Shown piece after piece: positions 18,849-29,014 of a stretch of DNA of 64,000 bases. This DNA comes from an uncultured Methanolobus sp. (GTDB lineage: Archaea; Halobacteriota; Methanosarcinia; Methanosarcinales; Methanosarcinaceae). The notes below the pieces were generated by a model. The model had not been told where the DNA came from. It ran no database searches and saw nothing but the letters and a program-made list of their open reading frames with translations. How positions within the stretch are numbered: the stretch's first letter is position 1; the number at the start of each line of letters is the position of its first letter. Location of the stretch: assembly GCA_963675495.1 (NCBI GenBank), contig OY776215.1, positions 2,112,001 to 2,176,000 of the forward strand, written 5' to 3'. The position numbers and the translations under genes were made by a program.

Positions 18849-19853
18849 ATGAACGATAAACACCTTACGTATGCAGACTCCGGAGTTGACATCGAAAAGG
18901 AAGAAGAGACTATCAAAGCACTCACAAAGGGTATGACTTACAAGCGTGAGGGTCTGGGTGCTCCTTTGACTGGTATAGGCCATTATGCAGGTCTTATAGA
19001 CTTTGGTGAGTATGCTCTCGCGCTTGCTACAGATGGTGTGGGTTCCAAGGTTCTCATAGCAAATGAGATGAAGCGGTGGAATACTGTAGGAATTGATTGT
19101 ATTGCAATGAATGTCAATGACCTGCTTGCCATAGGTGCCGAACCAATATCATTTGTTGATTATCTTGCCCTTGAAAAGCATGATGAGGACTTTGCAGCTC
19201 AGATCGGTGAAGGTCTGAGGCGGGGTGCAGAGATCTCACGCATGTCAATAGTTGGTGGTGAAACGGCTACTCTTCCAGATATTGTGAAAGGTTTTGACCT
19301 CGCAGGCACTTGTCTTGGAATGGTTAAAAAGGACGAGATAATCACAGGGGAGAAGGTCCAACTTGGGGATGCAATTGTTGGCATTCCAAGTGATGGTGTT
19401 CATAGTAACGGCTACACCCTTGCCAGAAAGATAGTTGACGAATCTTCTTATTCATATCAGGATGAGTTCCCTTATGATGCATCAATTACAGTGGGCGATG
19501 AGCTGCTGATTCCTACGCGTATCTACATGGAAGTCCTTGATGTAATTAAGGAATGCGACGTGCATGGTCTTGCGCATATAACGGGCAGCGGTCTGCTTAA
19601 ACTTAAACGTGTAACTGACCTTGGTTTTGATTTCACTGATCCAATAGAACCAAATTCGATTTTCAGGTTCCTTCAGGAAGAAGGTAATGTTGATGAACTT
19701 GAAATGTACAGGACATTCAATATGGGAATGGGATTTGTGATCATACTTCCTCTTGATCAGGCAGAAAAAGCTGCCGGTATGACCGGCGGTAAAATTGTAG
19801 GTCGCATCGTGGAAAAAGGTATAAAGACCGGCGACCTTGTAATTGTTGAATAA
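18849..19853 (+). CDS. purM: phosphoribosylformylglycinamidine cyclo-ligase (AIR synthase)
   Basis: 'TYADSGVD', 'TDGVGSK', 'GGETA', 'GVHSNGY', 'AHITG', 'TFNMG'. Start is 18834 or 18849. Confidence 0.95.
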   Translation: MNDKHLTYADSGVDIEKEEETIKALTKGMTYKREGLGAPLTGIGHYAGLIDFGEYALALATDGVGSKVLIANEMKRWNTVGIDCIAMNVNDLLAIGAEPISFVDYLALEKHDEDFAAQIGEGLRRGAEISRMSIVGGETATLPDIVKGFDLAGTCLGMVKKDEIITGEKVQLGDAIVGIPSDGVHSNGYTLARKIVDESSYSYQDEFPYDASITVGDELLIPTRIYMEVLDVIKECDVHGLAHITGSGLLKLKRVTDLGFDFTDPIEPNSIFRFLQEEGNVDELEMYRTFNMGMGFVIILPLDQAEKAAGMTGGKIVGRIVEKGIKTGDLVIVE

Positions 19854-19869
19854 TCTATAAGGTATTATC

Positions 19870-20148
19870 ATGGCTTGTATCAATGACATTCCCTTTGAGA
19901 TTCTCTTAAAGGGAGCTACTCCGGCTCAGTGCGATGAACTGATCCAGGAAAAGTCCGATAAGGTGTATCACGTTGCCGGTGGTTACCGGTTGCGTGGTGT
20001 AGCTCTTATGGGGGACAACGTTCCTGTAGGTGTGAAAGAGGATGAGGTATTCTTCCAGTTCATCAAGCCATGTTTTGGGCTTTTTGTACTCAGAGTCCCA
20101 GATGCTTCAGATATTGTAGAGCAGCTTGAAAAAGACTTTAAAAAATAG
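19870..20148 (+). CDS. DUF1894-like conserved methanogen protein
   Basis: 'MACI....EILLK', 'KPCFG'. Follows purM after 16 bp. Confidence 0.7.
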   Translation: MACINDIPFEILLKGATPAQCDELIQEKSDKVYHVAGGYRLRGVALMGDNVPVGVKEDEVFFQFIKPCFGLFVLRVPDASDIVEQLEKDFKK

Positions 20149-20718
20149 CTACAATTTGCTTTTTTTTGCAGTTTCATTGATCCACTTAAGGAATTTTCCT
20201 GAAGGGAATTCGTGAATGGTTGTGGCAATGATCTTACCATCTCCTAATTGTTTTACAACCATTAGTGGATTTCCTGTTTCATCACTGAATAATATTTCAT
20301 CATCTGTTTTTGAAAAAAATCCATCGAACTCAATTTCTGTACAGGTGTCTTCGACAAGGCACTGTGCTTCATGGTCTTTTGTTTTGCAGACGGGGGTTAC
20401 TTGCTGTTGTTGCTGTACGTATTCGAGCTCCATTGGGAGCCAGTCGTATTTGTAATGGGGAACTAGTGGGCTGAATATAACGAGGTTGCCACCACTGCGT
20501 ACAAATTTCTCAAAGCTTTTAGCGTTCCTTTCAATTCCTGGCAAGATATTCGTGTATTCCTTATTCGCAAAACCGGTTGGGATAACCACACATTTGCATG
20601 CCGGGGTAAAAGGTGTGCCAATTGATTCAGATACAATTCTCTGGCATTTTATGTCATGCTCTTTGAACAGTTTTTCGAATAACAAAGGATTATCCCATAT
20701 CAGCATTGTTTCGACCAT
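20149..20718 (-). CDS. hypothetical protein, class I glutamine-amidotransferase-like fold
   Basis: 'VIPTGF...FVRSGGNLVIF...YDWLP...GDGKII.TT.HE'. Confidence 0.6.
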   Translation of the reverse strand: MVETMLIWDNPLLFEKLFKEHDIKCQRIVSESIGTPFTPACKCVVIPTGFANKEYTNILPGIERNAKSFEKFVRSGGNLVIFSPLVPHYKYDWLPMELEYVQQQQQVTPVCKTKDHEAQCLVEDTCTEIEFDGFFSKTDDEILFSDETGNPLMVVKQLGDGKIIATTIHEFPSGKFLKWINETAKKSKL

Positions 20719-20954
20719 GCTAGGTGATAGTATTTGTTGCTTTAATTCTTTTACTCTTGGAAATGCTACGCTTATTAGTGATGATTCCTGTTTTGTTCCT
20801 CAACATTGCTAAAGAGTCATGCATTCCCGCCTATAATTATATGTGTGTATGTGAATTGTAGATATGCATTGCTAAGCAGGATGGGGTGCTGGATTTAAAA
20901 TGAAACCTGCGGTTCCTTACTAAATCGTTAATAAATAAAAAAAGAAAGCTGGTT

Positions 20955-21911
20955 TTAAACCAGCTTGTTGATTGGGTGGTTCTCGTCCATGATGTCAAGG
21001 CCGAGTTCCTTTGCAGTCTCTGCAAGCATAATGTCAACCATTGCTGTTGCAGGGAATACTTTTGAAGTGTTCTCGATAGGTCCGAAAAGCTGGAAGTTTG
21101 AACCGAGTATCTGTGGTACAAGGTTTGTTCCGATATCAGCTGGCATGTAGATTGCCTGCCTCTCTTCTTTTGTCTCGAACTGCTTTTTGTAAGTCTTCAT
21201 CCAGTCCCATGCAGATGCCATATTATGGTATCCACCACCAACAGGGAGTCCAAGGTGGCCCTTAACAGCAATTACTGCTCTTATGGATGCACCGGAACCT
21301 GCGCCAAGTGGTGTTGCTGCTACATCGATCAATGGTTTTGTGATTCCACATTCCTTTGCGATCTCAAGCATACCTTTTTCCTGACCTGTACCGCCGCTCT
21401 CAAGGATCTCAAGTTTTCCTTTTACGCTTGGGTCGGTTGCATTGAATGCAAGGACAATGGAAGCATTGATGTCGCTGTCCCTGATTGCCTCGATCTCATC
21501 AGCATGAACACTGGCGTTGATGGAGTTGTAGATCGCTCTGTCAGCTACACCAATTTCTGTCACATAGGCTGCTGCAGCTGCACGTACGTCACCTGCAGAT
21601 GAGTCGATAAGGAATGGTGTCTTTTCATCGACTTCAATGAACCAGTCGATATATTTCTTGATTGCTTCCGGTGTTTCTCCCACAATCTGGTTTACTATTG
21701 GGTTACCAGTGACCTGTCCCATGTCAACCATTGACTGCCATAACTTGTTTGCAGCCTCTACATCGAAGACGCCCTTGTCTTCATCAGTCACGATCTTGTG
21801 CCTGTTGTAGAACATTGTTCCTATGAGTACTGTAGGGTATTGACCTGGCTGGCCACCGAACTTGACTCCGCCAACATCGAATACTTCTTGCTTCTTGTCA
21901 AATTTGAACAT
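20955..21911 (-). CDS. mtrH: N5-methyl-H4MPT:CoM methyltransferase subunit H
   Basis: 'MFKFDKKQEVF...GGQPG.YPTVL.GTMFY..H'. Last gene of the mtr operon. Confidence 0.97.
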   Translation of the reverse strand: MFKFDKKQEVFDVGGVKFGGQPGQYPTVLIGTMFYNRHKIVTDEDKGVFDVEAANKLWQSMVDMGQVTGNPIVNQIVGETPEAIKKYIDWFIEVDEKTPFLIDSSAGDVRAAAAAYVTEIGVADRAIYNSINASVHADEIEAIRDSDINASIVLAFNATDPSVKGKLEILESGGTGQEKGMLEIAKECGITKPLIDVAATPLGAGSGASIRAVIAVKGHLGLPVGGGYHNMASAWDWMKTYKKQFETKEERQAIYMPADIGTNLVPQILGSNFQLFGPIENTSKVFPATAMVDIMLAETAKELGLDIMDENHPINKLV

Positions 21912-21929
21912 ATGAATAACCTCTTTGTT

Positions 21930-22163
21930 TTAAATACCGAGCATAGGCGCAAGGAACAGAACATAAAGCAGGAATATGATTATTCCAACAACAGCTCCGT
22001 ATAATATTCCTATGTCTCTTCCTACTTTCTTTCCAATACGTTGTGCTACTTCACTGTTAACAAACTCGACCTTCTCATCTATCAGGTTGAGTTTCTCAAG
22101 TACTGCGTTGAAGTCTTCCGGGTTTGTAACTACGCTTGGTACCCTGTCGCTATTGTCTGACAT
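21930..22163 (-). CDS. mtrG: Mtr subunit G
   Basis: 'EKVEF...E..QR.GKKVGRDIGILYG'. Confidence 0.97.
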   Translation of the reverse strand: MSDNSDRVPSVVTNPEDFNAVLEKLNLIDEKVEFVNSEVAQRIGKKVGRDIGILYGAVVGIIIFLLYVLFLAPMLGI

Positions 22164-22164
22164 T

Positions 22165-22395
22165 TTACATCACCTTCCAGACGAACATAGGTATTATTAC
22201 TACCATTACAAGCGCAAATACGAATCCTGCTAGAAAACCAGATACGCCTGTTGCAGATACTCCTGAATCGAGTTTCTGGTTCCTTGCAATAAGCTGAGCT
22301 CTGTAACGGATATCCTCAACTACGGTTTCAATGGGTCCCATCTGTGGGTTTATGACCATTGGTACGCCTTTTCCATATTCTTGTTCTTCTGCCAT
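22165..22395 (-). CDS. mtrF: Mtr subunit F
   Basis: '[18 protein letters not shown]'. ATG at 22395 (MAEEQEY) follows GGAGGT. Confidence 0.93.
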   Translation of the reverse strand: MAEEQEYGKGVPMVINPQMGPIETVVEDIRYRAQLIARNQKLDSGVSATGVSGFLAGFVFALVMVVIIPMFVWKVM

Positions 22396-22396
22396 A

Positions 22397-23125
22397 TCAG
22401 TTACCTCCGAACAGCAGCATTCCAAGGAGTGCTAATGTGATTGAAAGGCCTATCATTGCGCCTTCTACCTTACCAGCGTGTATACCGGAGTGGAACTTGT
22501 TGAGGTTACCGATTGCCATCATTTCCTTATTGATGCTCAGTATCCTGCTTCTGACGGTTGCAATTTCAGCTGCCATTGGCTTAAGTCCGCCAGTTTCCTC
22601 GCCTTCGTCACCTGCTCCGTCTCCTATTTCAAGTACCATTGGGTCTGCATCGAAAGCTCCGGGATCTTTTGCTGCACATTCTTTGATCTTTGCAACAATG
22701 GCATCCATGTCCTCAGTGCCGATGAGGTCGATACATTCGACCTGCTGCTGGAATCTCTCTATTGCTTCTTCTGATAGGTTCTCTACATAAGGGATTGCAC
22801 CACTTGCACCCACGATCCTGTTGTCTTTAACACCATTTTCGTGGATCTTGATGATTGCTTCACCTGTAATGTGGCCCTTTACTTCAGATCCTGTTACAAT
22901 GAGGAATCTGATGTTTGGGTTTGATATTACATGTGTAACTACTTTTTCAAGACCAAGATTTTCGGTCTTACATGGGCCTGTCAGACATGCACCTGCATCC
23001 AACTGTGGGCCAGCTGCAAGATGTGAACCACATGTTGCGACTGCAACACAGTTATTTACATCTCCAACATCGTATTCACCTTTAAGAATTGGCCATCCGA
23101 CTGCGGGTTCTTTTTTATCTACCAT
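22397..23125 (-). CDS. mtrA: Mtr subunit A (corrinoid protein)
   Basis: 'GWP...GEY.VGD', 'GPCKTENLG', 'GSEVKGH', C-terminal TM helix. Confidence 0.97.
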   Translation of the reverse strand: MVDKKEPAVGWPILKGEYDVGDVNNCVAVATCGSHLAAGPQLDAGACLTGPCKTENLGLEKVVTHVISNPNIRFLIVTGSEVKGHITGEAIIKIHENGVKDNRIVGASGAIPYVENLSEEAIERFQQQVECIDLIGTEDMDAIVAKIKECAAKDPGAFDADPMVLEIGDGAGDEGEETGGLKPMAAEIATVRSRILSINKEMMAIGNLNKFHSGIHAGKVEGAMIGLSITLALLGMLLFGGN

Positions 23126-23126
23126 T

Positions 23127-23441
23127 TCACATCACTCCTAATGCGCCCATAACCAGAAGCATAAGTCCTGCAACTCCCAGACCGACTATTACACCATAGA
23201 AGGTGTTGCCGTAGAAACCTGCATTGTATGCTGTTTGTTCACGTCCTGGGAATGAGTTCATCAATTCTTTGCTTGGTGACAGGGAGTTGATGAGGTCATC
23301 AGCTATTTTGTCAAGTTCGTCAAGCTGTGCCATGATAGGATCCATTGAATAAGCAATTATATCCTCTCTCTCTGCTGCAAGAAGGGATGTAAGTGGATCC
23401 AGTACAAGATGTGCCTCTGGGGCTACGTGTACCATGCTCAT
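23127..23441 (-). CDS. mtrB: Mtr subunit B
   Basis: '[11 protein letters not shown]', 'SFPGRE', 'N.FYG'. Confidence 0.95.
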   Translation of the reverse strand: MSMVHVAPEAHLVLDPLTSLLAAEREDIIAYSMDPIMAQLDELDKIADDLINSLSPSKELMNSFPGREQTAYNAGFYGNTFYGVIVGLGVAGLMLLVMGALGVM

Positions 23442-24247
23442 TCTAATTCCTCCTTTGTAGGCAACTGGCCAGTGCCAATTACTACATATGCATCTCTCTT
23501 TACACGCTCATAGTAACCGCTGAATCCTATGTACCATAGTGCGAGTCCTATAAGGATAGTGAGTGAGCCGGATGCTCCTTCGTTTATGCTTGCAACTATT
23601 CCTGCAACTACCATTGCCAATGCACCTTTTTCTAACCCAATTATGAGTGTCCTGTCCTGTTTCTCGTCAGGTCCCAGATTTGCATTGAATGGGTGAAGTA
23701 TGGCAAGTCCTCCTGCTATGAAGATAACTGCAATATATCCGGTACTGATGACCTGCTTAAGTACTACTGCAAAGTCAAATGTTCCGGTCATTGCGATAGC
23801 AAGACCAATGATGGTAATTGTACCAGCTGTTGCGATTTCTGTCATGGATATTTCCATGATAGGGATGCCCATATTGAGTATCTTGTTTGCAAGAACTCCT
23901 ATAAGAAGGCCAAAAAGTGCTGCTGTTATAAGTGCGATTATTGGTCCGGCAACGCCTCCGACTGAAAGTCCGAATGTTGCTGCAAGTATACCCATACCAA
24001 GTGCAAGGACACCGATCGATGGTACACCAGTACCAAGTCCGTAGCTTGCTACTCTTCTAACAGCTGCAGCGCCCCAGATCATACCGCATAGTGCGGCAAG
24101 TGCACCGATAAAGGACATATACTGTCCAACCATGCCCACAAGGAAATATGCTGCATATATTCCGATAATTCCGCCTGCAACGCCAAAGGCTATGATCTTA
24201 TTCTGTGGGATTGCTTCTGCGGCTGCTCCGCTTCCTCCTGCTGACAT
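23438..24247 (-). CDS. mtrC: Mtr subunit C
   Basis: '[17 protein letters not shown]', 'HPFNA.LGPDE'. Confidence 0.97.
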   Translation of the reverse strand: MSAGGSGAAAEAIPQNKIIAFGVAGGIIGIYAAYFLVGMVGQYMSFIGALAALCGMIWGAAAVRRVASYGLGTGVPSIGVLALGMGILAATFGLSVGGVAGPIIALITAALFGLLIGVLANKILNMGIPIMEISMTEIATAGTITIIGLAIAMTGTFDFAVVLKQVISTGYIAVIFIAGGLAILHPFNANLGPDEKQDRTLIIGLEKGALAMVVAGIVASINEGASGSLTILIGLALWYIGFSGYYERVKRDAYVVIGTGQLPTKEELE

Positions 24248-24967
24248 TTACAGACCTCCTATGGACAACACAGCGAGAATTGCGCAAACGAATGTTGCTA
24301 TCAATGATGAGATCACTGCCTTTGGGAATCTCTTGAATTTAGGGTCGTGGAAACCTTCGATGGTTCCTCCAATGTTATAGGATGGTATTACTGCGTTAAC
24401 GAAGAATATACCTACTGCGAAAACACTAGCCATACCTACAAGGTCTACAAGAGGAAGTCCGTTATCAATGCTCATAAGGGAGTAGTATATAGCTGCACCG
24501 CCAATTCCACCGAGTGCACCACCAATTACACCACTTACAAATGATACTGTTGGAAGTCCGTGTCCCTCAGTTCCTTGTGAAACATAGAGATCCTGTCTGT
24601 CCTTTGTAATTGGATCGTACTTGACCTTTGCTGATGCAGGTGGGCAACCAACACCGTATGTGTATACCCATGTTCCTACGATCATTGTTACGGACATCAT
24701 TATCATTGCACCGACCGCGCCGGATGCAAGAATAAGTCCCATATTATCTGTTACCTGCATCATGGCGCCTGCTGTTACAAGACCTGTAAGACCTGCACCA
24801 GCTGCAAGCTGAACAGTACCTGTACCGATACCTGTTGCCTGTGCCATAGCTGCCGGAGCACCACCGACGGGTACGAAGTGAACGCTCCATGAAATAAGTG
24901 CTCCACCAAGTGTAATGAGAAGCACATAGAGTATGTTACTCATCAAAATGCCTGCTATATCGATCAT
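24248..24967 (-). CDS. mtrD: Mtr subunit D
   Basis: 'VHFVPVGGAPAAMAQATG', 'GTEGHGLPT', 'GTIEGFHDPKF'. Confidence 0.97.
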   Translation of the reverse strand: MIDIAGILMSNILYVLLITLGGALISWSVHFVPVGGAPAAMAQATGIGTGTVQLAAGAGLTGLVTAGAMMQVTDNMGLILASGAVGAMIMMSVTMIVGTWVYTYGVGCPPASAKVKYDPITKDRQDLYVSQGTEGHGLPTVSFVSGVIGGALGGIGGAAIYYSLMSIDNGLPLVDLVGMASVFAVGIFFVNAVIPSYNIGGTIEGFHDPKFKRFPKAVISSLIATFVCAILAVLSIGGL

Positions 24968-25878
24968 GCTGCTACCTCTGCATCTACTTCATCTTCTTTA
25001 TATGTTCCATATGCAGCGCGTGCAGCAACTTCAATATTCCTGTTCCATAATATCAGAACAAGTACAATAATCACACCTGCTATGACTGAAACCCAGCCAA
25101 TAGCGTCTCCCTTTGTCGGGTCGAAAAGAGCTGTAACCCAACCACTGAGAAACACGGTCATACCAAAAGCCAGACCTGTGACAGGTCCACCGAATTTTGC
25201 ACAGAACCATGAATTGTCGATACCATTTCTCAGACCTGATTCTGCTTTTCTCACGATGTTACCTGAGTTTGCAGCATTAAGACCTGATCCGTATTCGACG
25301 TTCTGGAATTCACGTTCTGCACCGTAATGTACGTCACCGGTTGATGAACCGATTGCACCTACAGTGATTCCCCAAATGAATGCCAAAAGTGGCAGTGAGA
25401 AGGGGTGTGCCAGTACAGATACCATAAGATATGATACCACAAGTATACAGAATGTTGTGATAAAGGAATATCCCATGATTACGGGTGTGTGACTTCTAAC
25501 CAAATCAAGATAAACTGGTTGTTTAAAACGTTTCTGACTTGCTGATCTGCCGAAATATGCGGTTACTGAATAAGTACCATGTATTGCTGCAGCGATAACT
25601 GATCCAATGACTAACGCCAGTATCGGGGATGCACCAGTACTAATCATAACGGATGCTACTGTTCCACCAATTGCACACATGAGCGCGTTTGAAGGTGGTT
25701 CACCAGAAATAGCTTTACTATAGATTCTGTGTGGATACATCATCTGGGGTGCTAACTGCACTTGTGAGTTCGGGTTACTTTGTGACCCAACATCTGATTC
25801 AAGGTCCTCAGAGGCACCTGCAATAGTTGCAGCTGCTCCCATAAGTGCGAGTACACCCATACCTGTGAGCGGTTCCAT
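24964..25878 (-). CDS. mtrE: Mtr subunit E
   Basis: 'EDLESDVGSQSNPNSQVQLAPQM', 'GDVHYGAER'. Confidence 0.97.
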   Translation of the reverse strand: MEPLTGMGVLALMGAAATIAGASEDLESDVGSQSNPNSQVQLAPQMMYPHRIYSKAISGEPPSNALMCAIGGTVASVMISTGASPILALVIGSVIAAAIHGTYSVTAYFGRSASQKRFKQPVYLDLVRSHTPVIMGYSFITTFCILVVSYLMVSVLAHPFSLPLLAFIWGITVGAIGSSTGDVHYGAEREFQNVEYGSGLNAANSGNIVRKAESGLRNGIDNSWFCAKFGGPVTGLAFGMTVFLSGWVTALFDPTKGDAIGWVSVIAGVIIVLVLILWNRNIEVAARAAYGTYKEDEVDAEVAA

Positions 25879-26084
25879 TCACATTTCCTCCTTTTATATT
25901 TGTATTAAGTAAATTGTGCCAAAATTACAATAATTGTTTTTAAAGATTCTATTATAATTGCTATGGCGTAAACTAACGTAAGGTGGATTGCATTATATTA
26001 AATACTTCTTAAATCTTTCGTATGGAATCGATTAAAAAAGGGTCTTTTATGGAGGGTGCCATAAAAAAAATTGAACAGCAGCCA

Positions 26085-26112
26085 ACGGTATAAATATATA
26101 TTTAAATTTATG
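26085..26112 (-). promoter_or_regulatory. probable TATA-box promoter of the mtr operon
   Basis: Minus-strand AAATTTAAATATATATTTATA, about 210-230 bp upstream of mtrE. Confidence 0.45.
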
Positions 26113-26127
26113 TGAAGTGACTGCTTT

Positions 26128-26514
26128 TTAATCCCGGCGTGTAAAGTTAAGTATATATATGTCAGGCCTTGGTCTTTTGCCAGTACCGCGGGCAAAATCC
26201 ATGTAACACCTATTGCAAAGTACACGACTGTTAAGTGAAGCTATTTCAGCTGTACCCGGCACAAGCCTTGCAAAAAGAAAAGAAGGTTCAATTTCTAGGT
26301 TCTCTGATGTCTTTTTTAGGTATTCGTTGATATGTTCCTCAAATATTTCTAGGTCATCATATTGTAATCCCCTGGTGTTTATGGTAGTTCCTTTGCATCC
26401 GCAGGGGAGGGCAAAAGCATCCATTTCTATAATGAAAACCGGTTTTGCCAGCAGGTTTCTCAGTTTTGTCTCAAGATCACCGCGGTTCTTTGCTAATGTT
26501 TCTGTAATCGTCAT
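26128..26514 (-). CDS. small Cys-containing conserved protein (DUF5402-like)
   Basis: 'LPCGCKG' and 'LCNRC'. TAATG overlap with the upstream U32 gene. Confidence 0.7.
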   Translation of the reverse strand: MTITETLAKNRGDLETKLRNLLAKPVFIIEMDAFALPCGCKGTTINTRGLQYDDLEIFEEHINEYLKKTSENLEIEPSFLFARLVPGTAEIASLNSRVLCNRCYMDFARGTGKRPRPDIYILNFTRRD

Positions 26515-27545
26515 TATTGCCCTCCATTTTCTTTCAGGGGCCTGAGTATATTTTCGCAGTCTTCAGTGGAATATACTTTAATAATCTTTTCTGCCAGCCT
26601 TTTACAGTACCCGCATTTATTGCAGACCTTAGTACATTGCTTCCACTGGGATATTGCATCATCAAGTTCTTTATTGGGTATGTAGAACAGGTCCTTTAGA
26701 TCCTTGGGACAATCCAGCAGGTCCATGAGGTTACCGTCATATGATTCATTTGCATAGGCCTGAACATTGTTAAGTATCCAATTTGGGAAATGCGTTCTTC
26801 CACCGATTTTGAATATGTCCGTTATATGCCTGTATTCCTTGAGGTCTTCCGGTCTTATCCATGGGGATTTGATAAGTTGTTGCGGGTCACTTATCCTGAG
26901 TGAAAGGCACTTGTAATAATAGTAATCATCAAGTACATTCAATTTTGGACCCGGTCCGTTTGCGTGGGAGAAAAAATTGAAGTGTGCATACCTGAAAGGA
27001 CACTGATAAAGGCATCCTTCGTTCACAAGTAGTTTCAGGTCAGTGGAAACCGCATCTCGGATCGCTTCAAGTTTATCGAAATCCCGGTTGACTGCCGGAT
27101 CTATTACTATAGTATCTGCTCCAAGGTTTTCATAGAACTCTGCCTTCTGCGGAGAATCCACAAATGAAAGGACTGATACTACAACTTCCATATCATATTC
27201 CTTTGCAAGCATTTCCACAAAATAAGGCTCAGCAACAGTTATGGAATCTATTCCCAGATTATTGAGCTGCTTAAAATACCAGCTGATCCTGTTGTATCCT
27301 TCAGGGGTGAGGTGCTGTCCGCCCATGCATGAGCTGTTAAGGACGATTTCCATTTTGACGCCTTTCTCATGGGCATACTCGGTTTGTTCGGCTATCTCCT
27401 CAAGTCCCGGTGCACTGAGATTAGTTCTGCCGGTTCCTACATAATCGGGATTACCGGCCATGTAAATTCCATATATGTCTTTGGAATTGGTAAGCAATTC
27501 CTCAAGTCCCTCAAAGTGACCTACATGGGGCGCATAAAGTTTCAT
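26514..27545 (-). CDS. U32 'peptidase' family protein (putative Fe-S hydroxylase)
   Basis: TIM-barrel U32 pattern. 'LLVNEGCLYQCPFR', 'PWIRPED', 'FKIGGR', C-terminal 'CTKVCNKCGYC'. Confidence 0.85.
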   Translation of the reverse strand: MKLYAPHVGHFEGLEELLTNSKDIYGIYMAGNPDYVGTGRTNLSAPGLEEIAEQTEYAHEKGVKMEIVLNSSCMGGQHLTPEGYNRISWYFKQLNNLGIDSITVAEPYFVEMLAKEYDMEVVVSVLSFVDSPQKAEFYENLGADTIVIDPAVNRDFDKLEAIRDAVSTDLKLLVNEGCLYQCPFRYAHFNFFSHANGPGPKLNVLDDYYYYKCLSLRISDPQQLIKSPWIRPEDLKEYRHITDIFKIGGRTHFPNWILNNVQAYANESYDGNLMDLLDCPKDLKDLFYIPNKELDDAISQWKQCTKVCNKCGYCKRLAEKIIKVYSTEDCENILRPLKENGGQ

Positions 27546-27635
27546 CGTTTGGTGGTACTCTTTAATTTAGATAAGTATTTTGGTTCCTGTAAACAAAGCA
27601 AAAATCTTATCACTTGGTACTCTAACCACTTAGTC

Positions 27636-28448
27636 ATGATATTAGGTGCTTCATCCTTTGCAGGTAGCTTTTCTGAAATCGCTTCTGAATTACAGTCAGT
27701 AGAACTATACATGCCAAAACTCGGTGTGTATAAAGATTCCATATTGCAGAAAGTTCTCATTGAGTCAATAATTGATGAACTTTCGGCATTTGATCTTCAA
27801 ACGTCTCTACATGCTCCTTATTATTCAGATGTTCCAACTTATCCTAAAGATGTGGTAGTTGACACAGCTAGTATGGGTGAAAGGGAGTTTCGTCTTATCC
27901 GGGAATCCATTGACCTTGCTTCACGACTTGGATCAAAGGCCATTGTCCTGCATCCAGGTAGATTTGACAGTGATCATGAAGCATGTTTCAACAAAATGAT
28001 ATCCAACCTGAAAGTCCTTGCTGCTTATGCAGAGGAATGCGGTGTTATGCTGGGGCTTGAGAACAAAGAAGGTACTTCAACCGGCAATATGTGTTGCAAT
28101 GCCGAAGAACTTGTCCGAGCTGTGACTGAAGTTAATTCTGGCAGTCTTGGTGCAACCTTCGATATAGGTCATGCGAACCTAACCTGTGGTGGTGACTCTG
28201 CAAAACTTCATGAATTTGCAAAGACACTTGCTCCGCATGTGATTCACGTGCATGTCCATGACAATGGCGGGGTCTGGACAGGTGAGTATGATGGGGATGA
28301 GCATCTGGCTCCTGGCGCAGGTACTATTGATTATACTGCCTTGAAAGAGCTGAAGAACTACAAAGGCATCTACAATATGGAAGTTTTCTCAATTGAAGAT
28401 GTCCGTTTAGGAAAAGAAACAATAAAAAAAACGTTTGGTATTCTGTAA
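27636..28448 (+). CDS. sugar-phosphate isomerase/epimerase (xylose-isomerase-like TIM barrel)
   Basis: 'SLHAPY', 'VLHPG', 'GLEN', 'FDIGH', 'HVHVHDN', 'DEHL'. ATG at 27636 (MILGASS). Confidence 0.85.
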   Translation: MILGASSFAGSFSEIASELQSVELYMPKLGVYKDSILQKVLIESIIDELSAFDLQTSLHAPYYSDVPTYPKDVVVDTASMGEREFRLIRESIDLASRLGSKAIVLHPGRFDSDHEACFNKMISNLKVLAAYAEECGVMLGLENKEGTSTGNMCCNAEELVRAVTEVNSGSLGATFDIGHANLTCGGDSAKLHEFAKTLAPHVIHVHVHDNGGVWTGEYDGDEHLAPGAGTIDYTALKELKNYKGIYNMEVFSIEDVRLGKETIKKTFGIL

Positions 28449-28502
28449 TGAGCAATTTAGGAGTCAGATTTGTTTTTGATTACCAATTTCTGGCTTCAAA
28501 CC

Positions 28503-28913
28503 TTAAATGCTATAGTTAGGTGGCACTACCAGTACAAGTACGTCAGACATCTGCAATACTTTTTCGGTGACAGATCCGACAAGTTTTTTCAAACCATTCT
28601 TGCCCTGTGTGCCAATGACTATGCGGTCAACACTCATATCTTCAGCAACTTCGACAATTTTCTCAGCGGCGCTACCATCCTCTATGATGGTTTTTATTTT
28701 TTCCCTGTTGCATCCTGTCTCTAAAAGAATGTCTACGATTGTGGAAATTACGTGGTCAGCCCCTTCTTTTTGCCACGTCTTCCTTGAGAACCCCTTATCC
28801 GGGACGACATGGAGGATAATTAGCTCATAATCATGTTTTAAAGCTATTTTTCCTGCAACTTTGGCTGCATTTGAAGAATAAATTGAACCATCTGTAGGGA
28901 TGAGTATTTTCAT
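28503..28913 (-). CDS. universal stress protein (UspA family)
   Basis: 'KILIPTDGS', 'IVIGTQG...VGSVTEKVL', 'VLVV'. Confidence 0.92.
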   Translation of the reverse strand: MKILIPTDGSIYSSNAAKVAGKIALKHDYELIILHVVPDKGFSRKTWQKEGADHVISTIVDILLETGCNREKIKTIIEDGSAAEKIVEVAEDMSVDRIVIGTQGKNGLKKLVGSVTEKVLQMSDVLVLVVPPNYSI

Positions 28914-29014
28914 TCTATTTCTGAACTGTACAAGTTATTCTTAAATATGTTGGAATACTATTATGTAATACAATGGCTGCAATACACTATGTGTGTCAGT
29001 CTGATAATTGGTGA

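Noticed and set aside
20146-20151. Amber (TAG) stops as possible pyrrolysine read-through: back-to-back TAG|CTA at 20146-51, also at 29486 and at tfuA 61545-47
   Set aside because: Each protein looks complete at the TAG. Read-through would run into a convergent gene and, where I traced it, adds only 7-17 residues. No split domain and no pyl genes are in the window.
27369-27635. N-terminal extensions given by the ORF track (TIM-barrel from 27369; also mtnA to 31640, srp19 from 29761, nrdH from 35217, mtrF to 22425)
   Set aside because: They overlap neighbouring genes or promoters. Family-typical N-termini begin at downstream ATGs.
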